64,000 bases of DNA, from NCBI GenBank assembly GCA_033763455.1, contig JANRKO010000043.1:64001-128000 (forward strand). Reading direction: 5' to 3'. The DNA is from Polyangiaceae bacterium (GTDB taxonomy: Bacteria > Myxococcota_A > Polyangia > Polyangiales > Polyangiaceae). Positions 60,237-64,000 of the stretch are shown piece by piece; positions within the stretch are counted from its first letter, which is position 1, and each line of letters opens with the position of its first letter. Both the position numbers and the translations under genes were made by a program. The notes below the pieces were generated by a model, which was given only the letters and a program-made list of their open reading frames with translations, was not told the DNA's origin and did no database searches.

Positions 60237-61141
60237 AATTAGTTGAATTTGCACCTATTTCTGCAAGCGTTGGGGCGTGCCTACTCTGGCTTTCCGCCTG
60301 TCACACCGGGGGCTCGTCCTGGACTCAGGAGCCGCTCACTTCTGCGGCCTATTCTGACGAGAGTGCTGGCCTGCCGAGTGCGTCCGATGCGCCACTCAGC
60401 CTTACGGACCAGCACCGTCGGTATGTCGGAGAGCAATATCGAGTCCGCACCATCGGCGGTGAGCTCGAAAACGAGGGGGGCGTGGTTGAACGAAGGGGGC
60501 TCTCGGAGGCTAAAGCCCGTCGTCTGGAGGGGCGCGTCCTCGGAACATTTCGCAACACGTATTACGACTTCCCCAGTGAACGGGACTTCGACGTGCCTGC
60601 CTCGCGCCGCGTCGCGCTTAAAGATACAGAATGTAAGACCATCAGCGACGTGCCCCAGGGCTTTCATGATGCGCTGTGTGTACAAGGCAGCGGTCGTCTG
60701 AGCTCCGGCCTCACCGTGAGCTTCGCCAAGCGGGATTGCGCATGTGCTGGGGTTTGCCCGAGGACCAACCAGCGGATTTGCTATGAAGCGTTGCGGCCAG
60801 AGGCTTTCCCTTGGGGCCGAGGAGCCACCGGTCGCCCCATCACACCCCTGCTCACCGTTGCCGTGGATTCAAGCGTTATCCCGCTAGGAACACCCATTTA
60901 TATCCCTGAATTTGAGGGAGCCCCCCGGGCGTTGGAGGGCAACGCGAAACACGACGGATGCTTCATCGCACAAGACCGTGGTGTGCGAGTGATTGGCAAT
61001 CACGTCGATGTGTTCACCGGGGAACCCGCGCTCACGAAGCTCTACAACGCACTCGTTCCAAGTAATCAAGGCGTTACCATGGTGCTAGATAGTCCTCGTT
61101 GTGGGCGGGTCGAGAACCTTTCCGTGTCACCTGCGCCGTAG
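60233..61141 (+). CDS. 3D-domain lipoprotein
   Basis: Lipobox LSAC; VAVDSSVIPLGT, AQDRG and HVDVFTG. Confidence 0.85.
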   Translation: MKLVEFAPISASVGACLLWLSACHTGGSSWTQEPLTSAAYSDESAGLPSASDAPLSLTDQHRRYVGEQYRVRTIGGELENEGGVVERRGLSEAKARRLEGRVLGTFRNTYYDFPSERDFDVPASRRVALKDTECKTISDVPQGFHDALCVQGSGRLSSGLTVSFAKRDCACAGVCPRTNQRICYEALRPEAFPWGRGATGRPITPLLTVAVDSSVIPLGTPIYIPEFEGAPRALEGNAKHDGCFIAQDRGVRVIGNHVDVFTGEPALTKLYNALVPSNQGVTMVLDSPRCGRVENLSVSPAP

Positions 61142-61242
61142 TCTTTCGTACGGAAGCAAGGTTTGCTGCGCTAGGTTCGAGAACTTGAGCTCGCAAGGCT
61201 TGGGTTTGCGAATCGGGCGTGAGGGGGCGCCGTGCTAACCTT

Positions 61243-62277
61243 CTAAAGAATGCGCGCACCTCTAAGAAAATCTTCCATCGCGCTAAATCCCTCGGCACGG
61301 CCGACCTGCAGCAGGTGTCCGCCGGGAACGCTGTGGAGCGGGGCCTGGAAATGCCGCGCCAAGCGTTGGGCATGCGTGATAGGCGTGATGCGATCCGCGC
61401 GGGCCCCCACAACCAGTGTTTTGCCTTTGGCAATGCAAGGAGTGCGCTCCAGCGGGGAAACTTTGGCATACACGCGTTCGAGCGTTTGGTGTGCTCGCGC
61501 CCTTGCCTCTAGATCTTCGCCGAGCTGGTGTTGCTCCAGCGCAAAGTCCGCGAAAGAAGCCAGCGGCACCCAGGTCACCAGAAAGTCCAATTCAGCCGTG
61601 GTGGTTGCCAAAAGAGAGCTCACGTAAGAGCCCAGGCTCATGCCCGCGACGCCCACTTTCGAGCACCCAGCCTGGCGTAGCCATCTTACAAGATTTCCCA
61701 GGTCAAACACCGCCTGACGGAGCCCTTCAATATTTTCGCGTGGGTGCTTGGTGGGAAAGCCGCGTCGTTCGCCCTTGCCCAAGCGAACCCCGTGAAACGG
61801 GAGAGTGAAAAGCACCACATTGAGCCCGAGCTCGTTCAGTCTTTCGATCGGCCAAATGCGTTGCTCAAGAGCGTATTGGCCGGCAAGATACCCGTGCACG
61901 ATCACAACGGTGGGGCGTGCCGGGGTCAACGTGACTACGCGAGCGGACGCGGTTTGGTTCGCGCTCGAACTCGCCCACATCGCGCTGTGTTGCGGGAAGA
62001 ATGCCGTGTAGTCGCTGTTCCAGCGTAGATCTTTCTGGCCACCACGCACTTCGGTCAAAAGTGGGGAGAGAGCCACGGGTTGAGCGAAGTCAAAATTGTC
62101 CTTTAGCTCCGCCCATTCGTCAGCGAAATCAAAGATCGCCCGCAGGCGTTCGCCGGTGGAATGCCGGGCCCGAAATTTGAGCGTATCCCGGCTTACTGCG
62201 ATGGTAGCGGCGTCGTCTACGGCTCGTGCCGCAGCTCCCAGCAAACGCTGAGTAACGCCCTTCAGTAGCCCCCTCAT
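61243..62277 (-). CDS. alpha/beta hydrolase
   Basis: VHGY, LPFHG.R, GMSLG, DRITP and GGH. Confidence 0.82.
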   Translation of the reverse strand: MRGLLKGVTQRLLGAAARAVDDAATIAVSRDTLKFRARHSTGERLRAIFDFADEWAELKDNFDFAQPVALSPLLTEVRGGQKDLRWNSDYTAFFPQHSAMWASSSANQTASARVVTLTPARPTVVIVHGYLAGQYALEQRIWPIERLNELGLNVVLFTLPFHGVRLGKGERRGFPTKHPRENIEGLRQAVFDLGNLVRWLRQAGCSKVGVAGMSLGSYVSSLLATTTAELDFLVTWVPLASFADFALEQHQLGEDLEARARAHQTLERVYAKVSPLERTPCIAKGKTLVVGARADRITPITHAQRLARHFQAPLHSVPGGHLLQVGRAEGFSAMEDFLRGARIL

Positions 62278-63128
62278 GACACCACCGAATCTGGCGTATT
62301 TTGCCGCAGCAAGCCCACACCACTCGCGACGAAGAGGGCTCCCACCACCAGGATTGGCCACTCAATCGTTCCGTCTTCGGTTGGCGCTTGGTCGCCAAAA
62401 AATGCAAGGGTCAGCACCAGGGCATTGTTCAGGATATGCGCAGCCATGCAGGGGAAGATGGATCCCGTGCTGAGGCGGGCGAAGCCAAAAGCCAAGCCCA
62501 AAATCGCGGTGCCCGCCGCTTGCGCCGGTTCGATGTGCGCCATACCGAACAGCACGCTTGGCAAGATGAGAGCTTCAAGTTTCGAGTAGGTCTGAAGCTT
62601 GTTGGTAATGACACCGCGAAACAGGATCTCTTCGGCGATTCCAGGCAGCACTGCGATACAGAGGAGGAGGCCGAAAAGCTCCGATGGTGAGCTTTGGTGG
62701 GCTACCTTGGCGATAAAGAGCCCATTGGTTATGCTCTGTCCGAGTGCCCGGCGCACCAACTCCTCGAGTGCTCCCCCGATCGGGAGTGCTCCGAGCGACA
62801 ACAGAAAAGTTCCCGCCCACTGTTTGGGAGAGACACGCCGAAGCGGCAAGGATTCCCGAAGGCCGAAACGCCACAGCCAGAGCCCCGCACAGGCTAGCAA
62901 CGTTAACTGAACGGCGGCGGCATTCAGAATCAGCCATTTAGGCTCCAGCGCGAGCGGCGAGCGCGAGAGGTCCTTAAAGGCTTCCGCTGTGACCCCCCTT
63001 TTTGCCAAGAACTGCTGCTCCCAAGCAACCACCAGCCCCGATACACGCACGTTAACGAAGATGGCTGTGAACCAAACCACGATGGCCCACGCACGGGGTG
63101 AGAGCGAGCGGTCGAGCGGTAGGGTCAT
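62274..63128 (-). CDS. CPBP (CAAX protease-like) intramembrane metalloprotease
   Basis: AEEILFRG, FGMAH and AHILNN. Confidence 0.9.
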   Translation of the reverse strand: MTLPLDRSLSPRAWAIVVWFTAIFVNVRVSGLVVAWEQQFLAKRGVTAEAFKDLSRSPLALEPKWLILNAAAVQLTLLACAGLWLWRFGLRESLPLRRVSPKQWAGTFLLSLGALPIGGALEELVRRALGQSITNGLFIAKVAHQSSPSELFGLLLCIAVLPGIAEEILFRGVITNKLQTYSKLEALILPSVLFGMAHIEPAQAAGTAILGLAFGFARLSTGSIFPCMAAHILNNALVLTLAFFGDQAPTEDGTIEWPILVVGALFVASGVGLLRQNTPDSVVS

Positions 63129-63299
63129 GGGTCTTGTTGGAAGGCAGCTGGGCCGCTCCTAGCCAAGAATGTACCCGAGTGCGAGCGGCATTCAGCTGAG
63201 ATTGGAGAAAACACGCTCAATCGCAAAGTTCTGGGTGTTTGCTCGGTCGCGCAAAGCCGTATTGGTTGATCTCTGTCCCGATCACGGCATGATGCGTAC

Positions 63300-64000
63300 G
63301 TGAGGCGGATAAGCTGGCTGTTGGTTGTAAGTGCGGGCTGGTTGCTGGGGTGCGACGAGAAAGCTGCCCCCAAGCCCGAGGCGAATTTGGCAAAAGCTCC
63401 CGTGGCGGAGGAAGTGCCGCAACCTGTGGCCAAGCCCAAAGAGGCACCGGAACTTGCGCTCGACGACATTAGCCCGCGGGTTGGGTATTCGCGTGTGGTG
63501 ATCAAAGAGGATCGCGACCGAGCCAATCTTCGCGCCGAGCTCGAACCCTACCGCGAGTTTTTGGCCGGCAAAGAAGTGCCCCTCACGGTAGATCGAAAGT
63601 CGAGCATCAAGCTCGTAGGGCTCTACCTGGACGAGCTTGGCGAATTGGGAGTTACGGCGGTGCGTTTGCGCACAGAAACGCGCAAAGAGTACCCTGCGGA
63701 TTTGCGGTTTGTTCCACGCAAGCGTGCGCAGGCTCCGACCGCGTGCGCTACGGTTGCTGTCATTTTGGAAGATCGCGGCACGGCGGTTTGGAAAGTTTCC
63801 GGAGGCACAGCCACCAAACACGCGCATGGCCTCGGTGGGCCCGACCTCAGTACCACCAGTGCCTCGCTGGAACGCTTCCTCAAAGGCTGCAAACAAGATC
63901 GGCGCTTGTATGTAGCGGCGCCTGAGGTGATAGGGTGGGGGCTGCTGTTTGATTTGGCGGCTTCGGCCCAGGTAATTCCAGATGCTCGGCCCGAAGCAAC
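63300..64000 (+). CDS. lipoprotein, partial (runs off the window)
   Basis: GTG 63300 opens VRRISWLLVVSAGWLLGCDEK... with lipobox LLGC and no stop to the window end; not in the ORF track. Confidence 0.65.
   Translation, partial: MRRISWLLVVSAGWLLGCDEKAAPKPEANLAKAPVAEEVPQPVAKPKEAPELALDDISPRVGYSRVVIKEDRDRANLRAELEPYREFLAGKEVPLTVDRKSSIKLVGLYLDELGELGVTAVRLRTETRKEYPADLRFVPRKRAQAPTACATVAVILEDRGTAVWKVSGGTATKHAHGLGGPDLSTTSASLERFLKGCKQDRRLYVAAPEVIGWGLLFDLAASAQVIPDARPEA

Noticed and set aside
63282..63896. 204-aa minus-strand ORF
   Set aside because: The plus-strand open frame from 63300 with a lipobox is the more plausible gene

Overview
GC-rich bacterial chromosome segment. Gene content (Gly-rich lipoproteins, Cys-rich myxobacterial repeats, DUF4388/REC proteins) suggests Myxococcota, probably Polyangiaceae-like; this is an inference. 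Left arm (1-12 kb): slyD, tRNA-Leu, dinB, an XPB-like helicase plus DUF790/Bax1-like nuclease pair, SDR/eda and ACBP. Centre (~12.2-33 kb): an integrative island bounded by a 3' tRNA-Phe fragment and a tyrosine integrase/excisionase, with a 16/17-identical arm-like motif near both ends. Its cargo is a disrupted giant CLCA-like metalloprotease/VWA gene, a partly duplicated lipoprotein cassette, GT2 and GT-C/TPR glycosyltransferases, DUF2971, an MlaF-MlaE fusion operon without MlaD, and an XRE regulator flanked by three 16-bp boxes. An ISL3 with no target duplication joins the island to tRNA-Cys. Right arm: rplM-rpsI, uvrB, a sensor kinase, M18 peptidase, cyclophilin, RNase J, GH3, a globin and others. 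It also holds the standout gene, a stand-alone bacterial Hedgehog signalling-domain lipoprotein closely resembling animal Shh-N. All family calls come from motif recognition by eye; no searches were run.
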